From Antedon mediterranea (Eukaryota > Animalia > Echinodermata): 64,000 nucleotides of DNA. A program made the position numbers and the translations under genes. Below, one piece after another: positions 1 through 11,976 of this stretch (position 1 is its first letter; each line of letters starts with the position of its first letter). The notes below the pieces were generated by a model. The model saw only the letters and a program-made list of their open reading frames with translations. It was not told the DNA's origin and searched no databases. The stretch covers positions 19,353,045-19,417,044 of the forward strand of contig NC_092680.1 in assembly GCF_964355755.1 (NCBI RefSeq), in the 5' to 3' direction.

Positions 1-869
1 TGACACAGTGGGTTCTCGTACCAATACGTGCATCTTATACGATTCAGCTTGTTTAAATATTTGAGTCACTCGTTTTACCTTTAGCTTACAATACCATTGT
101 TCTCGTTCACATTATAAAACTGGAATCTTCATATTGCGTGTTAACGCAACCTATTTTGTAGTTGGTTTTGTTGAAGTTTCTATTGTTAATTTCCTGGTGA
201 AATTGTTTTCTCTTTTTGTATATAAATGTTTTGTATACAATTTGTATATGGATGTAGGTCTACTATCCGAAATAAAATAAGTGAATATTTAATTCAATTT
301 CCAAAAAATGGTTGATATTTCCAGCTATTATAGAAATTATCTCATATAGACTATGATTTATATTTGTTTTTTTAGATTAGACACGTGACCAATGTATTTA
401 TGACTTAGTTCATGTACGGTACTGTTATATTCTAATTTAATAAACACTTAAGTCATCAATGAGCCACTTAAGTCATGGATTGATAATTCCATCATAAAAA
501 TATAATAAATATTCATTTATATTAAAATCTTAAATTCTGCAAAGAAATACCTTATACCTTAAAAATAATACAACATTGCAACGGTAGCACGGTGAAATAA
601 TATTATTTTAAAGGTATAGCACAGAGAAAACATAAATCAAGAAGTTAACATTTTGTGAAAACAAAACAATAACACTGTAATAGCCCTAATCATACCTTAC
701 GTGAGTACCTCGTAAATAACAGTGCCTACAAGGTGCTGCGTAAGATTTCTATTTGACCCACATAAAATAACCTAAGTTTATTTACAAATTAAAAAATATA
801 CTTTTAGTACACTGAACCGTGTTGTGTTCTGTTTTATTGATAACTGTGTAGCTACTCGATTACAAGAGG

Positions 870-1140
870 TTGACTTTACTTTGTAATGTAGGGGAATAAC
901 CTGCGGCTTGCAGCTTACAGTGACACTTTACTCCCTCATTGGTCCCTTCGAGGCTCATTTGCCTGTCCACACGACACGAGGCACTGGGGTGACCCCTCTT
1001 CCGCGAGATGCACTAGAGTACACACGAATCAGATGTGGAAATTGGCCTTTAATTAAGCTCATCCGATGAGACTTGAACCCGTGTCGTTTGTAAAGTATGA
1101 CTGATGTGCGTTACCCCTACCTTAAACCACTCGACCACTC
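870..1140 (-). mobile_element. tRNA-derived SINE (degenerate)
   Basis: Minus strand starts GAGTGGTCGAGTGGTTTAAGG (Pol III A box) and has GGGTTCAAGTC (B box, 1070-1080). A GC-richer body follows; no complete cloverleaf. 3' boundary approximate. Confidence 0.6.
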
Positions 1141-1714
1141 AAATGTATCGAGGATTACGTTGCCGAAATTGCATTTATTTCGGAAATAGTTTTGATGGCA
1201 CAAAGGCTACTTGCGCATCCCCAATCAAAATGGCACCGTGATGATGAAATATTTGATATTGGCATCCATAGAAATGGCAATAACCCAAAATATCTTTATA
1301 TCATGCAATGTAGTGATTCAAACGATCTACTGCGATGGTGTGTGCATACTATAAATCCATAAAAGAAAATAGGCCCTAGTGGAAGCAAATTGCCAAGAGG
1401 ATATGATGGTAATAATAGGCATACGTGCCTGGAATATGACATAACAAAAAACAAAATTGTCCTGTAAACAAGGAATTGTTGTTGTCCCTTGGAAGATATT
1501 TTTAATTGTCAGCATGTGTAATACACATAGGAATTCGTTATTTGGATGATTTACGATCAAATTTATGAACATTATTAATAAAAAAAACAAAACAGTGATA
1601 TCTGTTTTCCTTATTAAATCCATATGTTGATCTCGAAAGGTCAATTGTCACCTTACATAGGTCTACTATGCATTACATTCAACATTGATGTCACTGATTG
1701 AAATATTCACTTAC

Positions 1715-1789
1715 GTCTTTTCCATAATATTTTTCACTCCCCTTGGTGGAATAGGCAGGCGCAGCATCAATGGCGTCCAGATCAATTCC
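1715..1789 (-). CDS. Candidate internal coding exon of an unidentified gene (GIDLDAIDAAPAYSTKGSEKYYGKD)
   Basis: Minus strand: acceptor ..TATCAACAG, 75-nt open phase-0/0 exon, donor GTAAGT. In frame with the exon at 6519-6581. Confidence 0.55.
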
Positions 1790-2029
1790 CTGTTGATATA
1801 AACACAATTACATTTTTGTAAATATTTTGATAAAATAGATAGCCAGTGCAGCAGAAACATAAAACGACATTAGTAACCACCAGGTGCGTAACGGCGAAAA
1901 ATAAAATAAGGAGATTAAAGAAAGAATGAGCGTAAAATATAAATGAATACAGTTGAACCTGGGCACCTTTTAGGCCTACATGGGTACACTTTACCATGAA
2001 ACGAAAGATGCACTAATAAGTTTGTTTTA

Positions 2030-2350
2030 AAGAATGTTTTTTAAAATGAAGATTAATTAAATCAGATTTGAATAGGTTATTTTGTAGTTTCAACAAAGTT
2101 AATCACTTCCGTAGGAAATAAAAAACGAAATAAACAATGTTTTTACTTATAACATATCATTATACATGGTGAATTCAACCAAAATCCCATTTGACCATTT
2201 TTTGCTTTAAATTACAGCTTTTTCAGGTAAATAAATCTTGTTTAAATCCAATTTTTGGTCAAAGTGGATAACTGTTATGTGAAAATAAAATGGCATATTC
2301 AATACCAACAATTTAAAAAAAATATGTTTCAGCGGGACAATACATCTTTA
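2030..2350. mobile_element. Kolobok-like non-autonomous DNA element, family K1 (partial)
   Basis: Ends GGGACAATACATCT|TTAA. Homologous to ~9650-9980, ~17935-18101 and 39423-39700 (TTAA|AGGTGTATTGTCCC terminus). Confidence 0.55.
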
Positions 2351-2879
2351 ACATTACAGCCTATCAATATTCAGGAAACAAGGGGACAATCTTAATATAG
2401 TTACGGGACCTATAAATATTAAAATAAATGGCAACTTTAGAAACAATTTTAAGAATAAAAATTTACGTTGAGGAATTACTTTTCTGTTTATTTATGTTTA
2501 TGATGCTTTTATGATGTCTTTAACAGCAATAATTAAAACGGCGATTGATCGGTGTTGTTGACAGCGACGATTATGATCCAATCATGGACCTATAATTTAC
2601 ATAGGTCCATGATACAATGTACAATAGTATTTTAAACTATTTATTATTCGATGTTATAAATAAACCAAGCTTATTCCAATCACCATCCGATTATCAGGTT
2701 ATATTATACAATGTGGTATACTTTGATATTAATTTGTATATAGATCTGCATAGGTATGACTCATACAATACAATAGACAACGCCTCTAAACTAGAAACCA
2801 CTATTGTGCAGCATACACATATAATTGTTTTATTACTACACATTATAGATACAGCGTATGGTAATTTGTACAGTATTAA

Positions 2880-3955
2880 GGCCCTGTTCAGACCCATGGC
2901 GTTAGACCGTTTTAGCGTACGACGCTAAAAGAATGTGTGTCTGAACAGTTGGGGATTAGCGTACAACGCGTTGTACAACGGTTGTAGCGTTGTAGTGGAA
3001 AACGGTTGATAGTACCGTTTTAGCGTACGACGCTACTGTAAGTCAACGTTGTATCCAATCAGAACGTTTCCTGTTATGACGCGAAACAAGGTTTGACCTA
3101 GGCTGACATCTTGTATCGTCAATGTGTGAGATGGATTTCAATAACAAAAAGGCCAGAATAAATAAGGCCTAACTACACTACAAATATAACTGTTACAAAG
3201 GCTACAAACTATTATCAACTGATTACCATTATATTTTCTAACAAATGACATAAATACATGCACCTTGTATTTAAACATAGGGACTACGATCCCATCCGCT
3301 TTTAGGCCTAGCTAGGCCTAGAGCCATTCACGCATTTCATTCAAGCTAAAAACTAGCCTGGGACATCAAGTCACTCATTCATACAAGGCAGACTAGACTG
3401 GACAAGTTTAATGCTGAAAACCCCCTAACTCCTAAAAAAATCAGTAAACAAACAAGGGGAGCTGTTTCCCTTTTATTAGCAAGTTAAGGGTTATTTTCAA
3501 CCGACTGGACCAAAGAATATATAATCTTTGACTGGACTGGATAGACTAATCACAATCATTTTTTTCTTCATCATTACGAGGCCTGCTTTATTTTCGTAAC
3601 ACAAGAGCCTGGGGAAAATGTTTTTTACTACAAAATAAAAACAATAGAAACAGAAATTTGGCTTTACTATATTTTTCTTAAATAAATGCTGAGGTATGTT
3701 TTATTTACGGCAAATTTTGTCATAATTGTAGGGCTGAGATCTAGGCCTGTATACAGTGGAAATAATGATGAAAACACGTGGGTAAGAGCACATGAATATG
3801 CAACTAGAAACAACTTGGATGACGTACTTCCGTTGTAACGATAATCGTACGCTATGGGTCTGAACACCTCGTTTTTTTCTCTGCGGTTTGTAACGTGACC
3901 TTGATAGTAACGTTGTACGCTAAAACGGTCTAACGCCATGGGTCTGAACAGGGCC
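2880..3955. mobile_element. 1.08-kb non-autonomous TIR DNA transposon
   Basis: ~41-bp perfect TIR GGCCCTGTTCAGACCCATGGCGTTAGACCGTTTTAGCGTAC at both ends, flanked by TTAA (2876-2879, 3956-3959; a TA TSD reading is equally possible). Sub-terminal partial TIR copies; no transposase ORF. Confidence 0.9.
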
Positions 3956-3959
3956 TTAA

Positions 3960-4431
3960 AATGTATTGATATCATAATTGAAAATCCAGCAGAGTCTCAT
4001 AAATATACGAATCTAATACGTGCAAAGTGTATGCTAAAGGTGTTCAACGATTGTATTCCTTAAGGAAGTTGAAACAATATAATAATAGGCCGTGATTGTT
4101 TTTTATCAAAGTGTTATTCAATCTGTATTAAGCTTTTGTTGTGTTACTTAGGTAAATAGTCTAACAAAGAAAAATTTGAGTAAGTTAAAACAGAATAGGA
4201 ATGCAAACACAATTACTGGTATCGAGATTATAAGATATCACACAAATGTGTAATAATAAAATTATATCTAAATTAAATAATATTTTAGTTAATGAATCTC
4301 ATATTCTCAACAATAAGTTAGTAGTTACCAGATCTGAAAGATTAACAGCAATTCCAGTTAAAACAAATAGACATAAATTGTCATTCTTACCTAGCGCTAT
4401 TAGACTACACAACAATGAGTTCCAAAGATAG
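3960..4431 (+). pseudogene. Decayed 3' end of a non-LTR retrotransposon ORF2 (Rex1/Babar-like)
   Basis: Broken frames give KGVQRLYSLRKLKQ, FYQSVIQSVLSFC and KTNRHKLSFLPSAIRLHN, typical of the RT C-terminal region. Confidence 0.6.
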
Positions 4432-4631
4432 GTCATTAGGTCTTTTTGTATTTTATATTGCGTGATCAGTTGTTAGTTCCATGTTGATCACAAATGAAAA
4501 AAAGTATGTGTGTATTGTTTTGTTTGTGTTTTTCTGTCAAGAAAACAATTATCATTGTACTATATGAATGAATAAATCGTATCTGATAATGACAAAAATT
4601 TGCTTGACTTTACACGATATAAATCAATACT

Positions 4632-4709
4632 GGTTACTCATGGGCGTGATTCAGTGGAGGAGGAGGAGTGGGTTACTCATGGGCGTGATTCAGTGGAGGA
4701 GGAGGAGTG
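4632..4709. repeat. Perfect 39-bp tandem duplication
   Basis: GGTTACTCATGGGCGTGATTCAGTGGAGGAGGAGGAGTG x2. Confidence 0.9.
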
Positions 4710-4831
4710 GTATATATTCCCTCCCTCTCATCTAACTAATATTATAATTGTACTGGTGATGACTAGAAACAATTTTGAGGAATTTAGAATTCTTCATTTA
4801 CATGTGAAACTGCACGGTTGCCAATAACATA

Positions 4832-4986
4832 ACTATCAAACTAGTTTGATGTGCCCAAATATGGTGGTGATGTGCCCAAATATGGTGATGATATGCCCAA
4901 ATATAGTAGTGAAATGACATCATCATGCCCATATATGGGCACATCGCATTTGTTGTCACATCAAGTTTGGTAGTGTAGACAGAGCT
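4832..4986. mobile_element. MITE family M1 (TIR AGCTCTGTCTACACTATCAAACT; internal CATATCACTACCATATTTGGG repeats)
   Basis: Homologous copies at ~5895-6046, ~7666-7797, ~58673-58834 and a fragment at ~57177-57212. TWA-like flanks suggest PIF/Harbinger. Confidence 0.75.
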
Positions 4987-5064
4987 TTAGACCACTTTAA
5001 AATAATATTATAATGATCTATCAGAATTTAATCTAGGGCTCTTTTTGGTCATGAAATGTTCTTA

Positions 5065-5243
5065 AGCGTGGTTCCCACTAGCGACGCAACGCAAGGACGT
5101 AACGCAACGCAAGCGAATTGACCAATCACAAGCGATGGCTTATTCGCTTGTGATTGCTAACTGTCTTTAACTTCGCTTGTCATTGGTTAAAACGCTTGCG
5201 TTGCGTTTACGTCATTGCGTTACGTTCTAGTGGAAACCAAGCT
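5065..5243. mobile_element. 179-bp palindromic PIF/Harbinger-type MITE (family M2)
   Basis: TIR AGCGTGGTTCCCACTAG / CTAGTGGAAACCAAGCT with TTA TSD on both sides. Near-identical inverted copy at 43925-44103. Confidence 0.9.
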
Positions 5244-5894
5244 TTACATTGCATACTCGTAAAAAACTATTGTTTGCATTGGTTTTCACTTCAATAAGTT
5301 GAGTGTATTCATTGTTCTGTACTTATAAAAACCCAGAGAGAAAAATTCCACTTTAGGTTAACAATAAGAATGAGTCAACAACGTAATAAAAGCGCACATG
5401 TACAAATAATAAAAGGTTCAAAACAACCAATCGCCAGCCCATGAGAATGAACAGAGATGCTAGTATGAAGGAATACGAATTCCATTCTATCATTCAATGA
5501 AGATTTTCTTTCTTTTTTATCTATTCTTGATTTTGTTTTTAAATGATGGTATACGCATGGAGTTAAAAACTCCATGGTATACGTATGGCACTTGATGCCT
5601 TAAAAAAAAACAGATTCTATCGGTTTTACAGATCTTGTAATGCAAGTTTAGTTTTAATCAGTATGGATTTTGCGATACAAAACGATAATAAGGAAAGGAT
5701 TGGCTATTCCATATTGGCAATCAGCTAACACTATTCGCCAGATTTAATATTATCTACACAACAATAACAATAATTTGAAAGAAACTTTTTTTTTTATGAA
5801 AGAAAAATGTTGTTTTGACAGTTTTATTTTTTTTTAATACCCCTGTACATGTATTATATATATTTATTTTTTTATCGTTCTTGGTTTTAATGTT

Positions 5895-6046
5895 AAATTT
5901 ATGTGACAAACAAATGTGATGTGCCCATGACGTCATATTACTACCATATTTGGACATATCACTACCATATTTTGGCATATCACTACCATATTTGAGCACA
6001 TCACACCTTTTTTTGTCAAATTAGTTTGATAGTGTAGACAGAGCGT
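5895..6046. mobile_element. MITE family M1 copy
   Basis: Same internal repeats and TAGTTTGATAGTGTAGACAGAGC end as 4832-4986. Confidence 0.7.
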
Positions 6047-6518
6047 TTAGACTTATCTGTAGTTTTCGTAACCTTGTACAGTATATTATGTATAATTATG
6101 CTGTACAAAATAGGCTACTCGCGTGTATGTGTGACATGCCCTAATAATAAAAATGTACCATATATTATAATATTTATGTAGGACTAATACGGTTAAACAC
6201 CGACGAGTAATAAGATTTACAACTAAACATTTGTAAAAAATAGAATCTTCTTATCTATACAATTTAAAACACAAAATCAAGGCTTGGATACCTGTGTGCT
6301 GTCTTAATATTATTAATATGAACCGATTTCATATGAACATGCTTATGGATAATGAACTATCAAATGACCTTTTAAGCCGACCGGACCGGGTGGCGCTCTA
6401 CGAACCGTTCGTTTACACCAATTAGATCACTCGACGAACGTGAAAACGTTCCAATTTGGCAAAACAAAATATAAAGTAAAATTATAACTAATTTATAATT
6501 TTAAATTTACCAACTTAC

Positions 6519-6581
6519 CCCTGACGGAACGAGAGAATAGTTTGAAGTTTTATAAGCAACTGGTGGTAGTTGATCAGCCAT
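6519..6581 (-). CDS. Candidate first coding exon of an unidentified gene (MADQLPPVAYKTSNYSLVPSG)
   Basis: ACAAG-ATG-G start context, 63-nt open frame, donor GGG|GTAAGT. CpG-richer upstream region with CCAAT-like boxes (6600-6790). Confidence 0.55.
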
Positions 6582-7665
6582 CTTGTCTTTATTGTGATTC
6601 ATAGTGAGCCAACGAACGATTGTTAAATCGACTGCATTGGTTGAATAGTACCTATTGTATCGGTTTACTGGAGCGATAGCCAACCACGGTCAGAGCGAAT
6701 GAGATCATGGGAGGTATTTTTGAATAACAAAACGGTTGCCATTTATAGGAAAAAATGCGAGATGGTTGATCTCAAGTCGAAGATATATTTTCCCCCTGGT
6801 CAAATTATTTTTTTTGAAATTTTGTTGTTGAATATGCCATTTTAATGTCACATTTTATTCCCTTGGAATCGGCAACACAATTAGGCCTATTTATATAATT
6901 TATTTAACTGTAATCGGAATTTAAAGATAAATAATAATAAATTGTCTGTTAGCACTGTTTTTCTTGTTAAATTTAACCGGTTATTTTGTCTTTTTATAAG
7001 TATATAAAATCATAATGTGTGTGTGTGTGCAAAATGGCCTATTCAAGTCTAATTCTAGTAATGTTTTATGAGGAGGGGGGGGGGGCAATACATATTTAAG
7101 TTTTCATTTTTTTTAAATCTTCCGATAATGTAAAGTATTTGAAATTTATGACCACCAACAACATTACCTTAACTATTAATTTGCCACATCATATCCAGGT
7201 ACTGTACACCGGGGATTTTGAGTATTCCGTGAACTTATGTTACTTCTTATATTAGGCCTAAACGCCTAAACGCCTAAAGTGTCGGAAAATGTTTTTTTAT
7301 GTAGGCCTAAACATTTTAAAACTGAAGTAATACCGTAAAATGGTTAAGATTCTATCAATCAAGTTTCATTGTTTGTTTCGGGTGTTCGGTAGGCCTAATA
7401 ATGGCAATTTTGTATACGTACCTTTTTTAGACTGTACATTTATTTATTACGTTTATTAGATTCAAGTTAGGCCTAATTTGATATTGAAATACATACTAGA
7501 AATCGTTTCATCGCGGACCGAAGGAAACAGTCCATATTAAAAACGAACCTAACAATATTGAGCCGGCCAGTTAGAAATCATGAAGGGGGTGTGGGAAGCT
7601 GTTAAAGGAAAAGCGGTTAAGTTACATCACTTTTTGACGATTTCAACCTCTCAAGTGATCTTATA

Positions 7666-7797
7666 AGCTCTGCCTATACGTTATGTAACAAAAAAAATGT
7701 GATGTGACCATAAATGTACATGATGATGTCATATCACTACAATATTTAGACATATCACACTTTTTGTCAAACTAGTTTGATGGTGTAAGACAGAGCT
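7666..7797. mobile_element. MITE family M1 copy
   Basis: AGCTCTG...CAGAGCT termini and M1 internal sequence. Confidence 0.7.
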
Positions 7798-8084
7798 TTA
7801 CGCTACTTCAGAATATGTTGTGATTATTGACTGGGTATTAACAAGTACAAATGTGTTTTTCTCATAACGTAATCAATGTTCGTATATGGGCCTGGGCCTA
7901 ATATTAATACTTAATCATTTTGTATTTAAGAACCTAAAAAAAATCGGCGTGTTAATATTGAGTATACCGGCGTAAATGCTTACTCTTACCACCATGGGAT
8001 ATATTCATTTCCAACATTCCTGTGACATTAAATGACATTTTCAACAGATTAATTTACTACATATCGAACATCCAGGGAATCGGG

Positions 8085-8275
8085 TGACACATTGCCATGG
8101 CAACTGAGAAGCGTCTGGAGTGTTCCGTTTTAATAGGGCAAACAACGTTCATCGACCAATCACAATCAAGCAAAATATTGAGATATTGTAGAACCGATGA
8201 CAAATCAGCGGGAGATGACTCGATTATGAATTTCAGATGTATCACGTGACGCGTTACTAAAAAATATGGCCACCT
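8085..8275 (+). promoter_or_regulatory. Putative promoter with RFX X-box, CCAAT box, E-box and YY1-like site
   Basis: ATTGCCATGGCAAC (8091-8104, one mismatch to GTTGCCATGGCAAC), CCAATCAC (8156), TCACGTGAC (8242-8250) and AAATATGGC (8262) in a CpG-richer patch. Target gene not established. Confidence 0.4.
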
Positions 8276-9649
8276 TGAATAGGTCTACAATACACGGGAA
8301 TAAAAAAAATACAGAAAAATAACGTGAATTAGGCCTAATACTATTAATGTTTCGTTTAGGCCTATACAAAATCGATAAATAGGCCTACATAACGAAGATG
8401 ATATCAAATCACTATCAAAACACTACAGACTGATACATTATACCAGGTCTACAGAAGAAACCATCTATACGATTAGATCCTAGTGATGATTAGATCTTCA
8501 TTTGTCTGCTTTATACTACTGTATCTACTTTGTCCAAGTAGGCTATGCTCACTTGCACTGATAAAGGGAGTCGTGTTGCCCGAAAGCTCTGCTAATTTTC
8601 TAGCTTTTATCGTTTTGATTTAGCTTTTTGCTTTTATTTTGTATCTCCATTGAGATCCAGCCACTGATAGCCACAGCATTGTCATTTTGTCAGTGTTGCG
8701 TTTTGGAATTAGATCATCGTTATGAAATCGATTTAACACCTTAATGTAAACAAAAAAGATTATTTATACTGTACTCTTTTTAGTTGTCAAAAATCCATTA
8801 AGATTACATAAACAGTTAACTCTTGGGGATAACTATTATCTACCACCGGCATTATAAGCCTAGACGAGATTCATAATGTATCAAAATGAGAGAGTCCATT
8901 CGGAACGGTAATCGTGCAAGGAAAGCAATTATAGTATTGTTCATTATCATCTTTCTTTACTCTTTAAATACTTGTTACGTCCAATATTTTTGCAGGAGCA
9001 TTGGTCGTATGAGTATTTGTGCATGGCATAAGGCATCTCTATCTTTTGTTATAAAATGTTAGGTTGCTTTCGTGTAGGCCTACTCCCTCTGCGGTACATT
9101 CAAATTATCTGTTTCATTCAAACACACGACTAACTGTTTGCGCTTTGTAATTTCAATAACCATTTTCTGCAGCATTGATTTTGCTTTTATAAAGAATTCA
9201 CAAATAAAACAGAGTTTGTTGACTATACATTATAGAACAAGAGTAAATAATAAACAATAGCGTATTCACAGGCTGGTACAAAGCGAAAGAACCAGTTTGC
9301 TCTTTGCAGTACCTATTGACATATTTCAATACTAATAGTAGGCCTAATGTATAATGAATTGTATTAGGCCTAAGTCGTTTAACTAGTACGGTACAGTACT
9401 AAAAGTATATGTGAATGAATGATCAACTGGTTTTGACCGATGAGAATAGTTCGATGTAAAACCTGCATTACATTTCATTTATTTAATTGTTCGAATTCAG
9501 CTTCAAAATGTTCTACTATCGTGGCCATGTAATTCCTCTCAATCGAACCATGGAGGATACACCTTAGTCTCCTGTGTGAATGATTATGATTATTATATCT
9601 TTTATAAAAAAAATAAAATTCGTTGTTGAGTTGTGATAGACCCGATATT

Positions 9650-9980
9650 ATGTATTGTCCCCCAAAACATGAAGAAAAAAAAATGAAGATTGAATAAAAT
9701 CAGATTTTGAATAGGCCATTTTGTAGTTTTGATAAAGTTAATCACTTCCGCATAAAAAAACGAGAAAGATGAAAGATGTTTTTACTTATAACATTTAACA
9801 AGACAACACAAACGGTTATATTCAACTAAAAACCCATTGGCTGGGAGAGCCAACATGACTATTTATTTTGCTGTGGTACAGTTTTTTTCAGTTAAAAAAT
9901 TGTTTAATTTTTGAAACTATTATTAATATGGAACATCAAAATGGCATTCAACAAAAACAAAATTGGCAAAAAAAATGTCA
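9650..9980. mobile_element. Kolobok-like family K1 copy
   Basis: Starts TGTATTGTCCCCCAAAACATG; homologous to 39423-39700 and 2030-2350. Confidence 0.55.
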
Positions 9981-11976
9981 ACAAATTGACAATATTTGTG
10001 TAATACTGTAGATCAGGAAATGAGAATGATGTAAGTACTGTACCAATCGGGGTACCAATATAGGCCATGGCGCGTGCCAACGATTTTGATTCAATTTAAT
10101 TCTATCATGTCCTTGGCCTACTCTAAATATAAATATATAAATATATAAAATGAAAGACATTCTATAAAATACCACATACCTGGCGAATGCGTAGTTTTAA
10201 TCAACAATAACCCACTGGTTCTTTAACCAGTAGAAGAAAAGTTCCTCAACGGTGTCTATTATTAAGCATACCTACTATCCTCTGTACTAATCGATTTTTA
10301 AGACTGCTTCGTTCGTTAGGATCCATAATTAGGTGCATGATAGACCTATAATTTGAAATTCTCTTACCTGCCCAGCAAAATCAGGATATCCCTTTTTCAT
10401 TTCTGAACTCATGTTTTAAATAATAACCCAAATTCAATATTAATCACCGAAATATTCCCGATAAAAGCTTGTTTTGGTGAAAGCGGCTTCTTTTAAGTTT
10501 GTCATTCAAGCTCTCATCATCCGCCACTCGTACGTCCAATTGTGTTGGTCATGGCTCAGTAATCACAAGAACAACGCCGGCCACAGGTCAAAGGTAAGTG
10601 AATTCAATAGAGCGTATTATGAAAATAAACAACTATCCATGGCCCGGCCCGGCTTAATTCCTTCTAATAGTAGAGCAGTTAACGCCATAAAAATAGCCAA
10701 GTTGTGCACTTTATTACCAAAGCATGAAACTTTCCACAAACTTTCCGGTATGGCGGCCATCTTGATTTCAAAATGGCCACCATAAAAACAAAAAGTGTTC
10801 ATATCATGGCAACTATAAACAGTAGAGACTTGATTCTGGTGTTAAATTGTTCACAAACCACATATTTCTATTTGCTCTAATGAAAGGTTTCGTCCAAAAA
10901 TGACCGGAAATGACGTTTCTTCCAGTTTGACCTTTGACCTCTTATCTGTATATCTCGGTAACTACTGATCATTTTCAATCGATTTTGGTGTCATTTTGTT
11001 CAGAATAAATACATTTATATTTGTAGTAATGAAACATTTTCACATAAAATGATCGGAAATGCAATTTATGACCTTTGACATTAATGTATTGATTTGTTAT
11101 TATGTGAATATACTGTATGTGGTTTTTGTTGGTCTTAAATGCATCTAATTTTGAACTTTGACTGGAAATACAATTTATAACCTTTGGCATATATAATTAT
11201 GTGAACAGACTGTATGTGGTTTACATTGGTTTAAATGCACCTAATTTTTTAACCGAAATAATTGACACGGAATTATTATTCTGAATTTTTAACTTTTGAT
11301 GTGATAGGATAGGCATAAAGTATGACAGATCACTGAGCTCATCTATGCCGACTTGTTTGCTAAACTGTGATTTGTCAATCGTTAGATAAAAGTCTTGGTC
11401 TTCTCTCCTTCATCTTTTTTTTTAATGTATTATACCATATGGACAATTGTCTGAAATAAAAGTTGAATTAAATTGTTAGATGCCATTTGGAAATATTTTT
11501 GATGTAAAGTAGCATTCTTTCGTTGCCCTCTTTAATGTTGCATATGAGACAAGTTCGGAAAGTTCTCATTTTCATGAGTTAAGAGAAGAGAACACCGTCT
11601 TTCAAAGTACTTACTACAAACTTTATGCATTTGGGCAGTAGACCTACTTTCATTAGTCAGAAACTCAGATAATTCTTGTTCATTTTCATTGCATCTAGAA
11701 AAATGTACTTCATTTTTATGGGCCTTTGCTGTAAACCTTTCATCTGAATCCTTTTCCTCGATTTTCTCTAGTCATTGATTTTTTAGCAAAATCCGAACCA
11801 AATCAATTCGTAAAAGACATCTCAATATAATTATACAAGTAATCCTCAAATTAGTGACATGGACCTACAATATACTGGACCTTTTTAGGCATCCACCTGT
11901 GGACTTTCACTAAAGGTCTTGGTCTCCTAATCATACAAGAAACAATGTCTGATTTAATCAATCAATGTAGTGGGTC

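Noticed and set aside
79-150. Possible further minus-strand exon (acceptor ~151, donor ~78)
   Set aside because: Stops in all three frames; could only be a terminal exon and has no support.
1060-1140. Possible tRNA gene (also a weaker A/B-box pair at ~50433-50490)
   Set aside because: A and B boxes are present, but there is no acceptor stem or cloverleaf; better explained as SINE heads.
11520-11830. Minus-strand protein-like stretch (ENENFPNLS...) suggesting a transposase remnant
   Set aside because: Fragmentary and frameshifted; cannot be assigned without a profile search.
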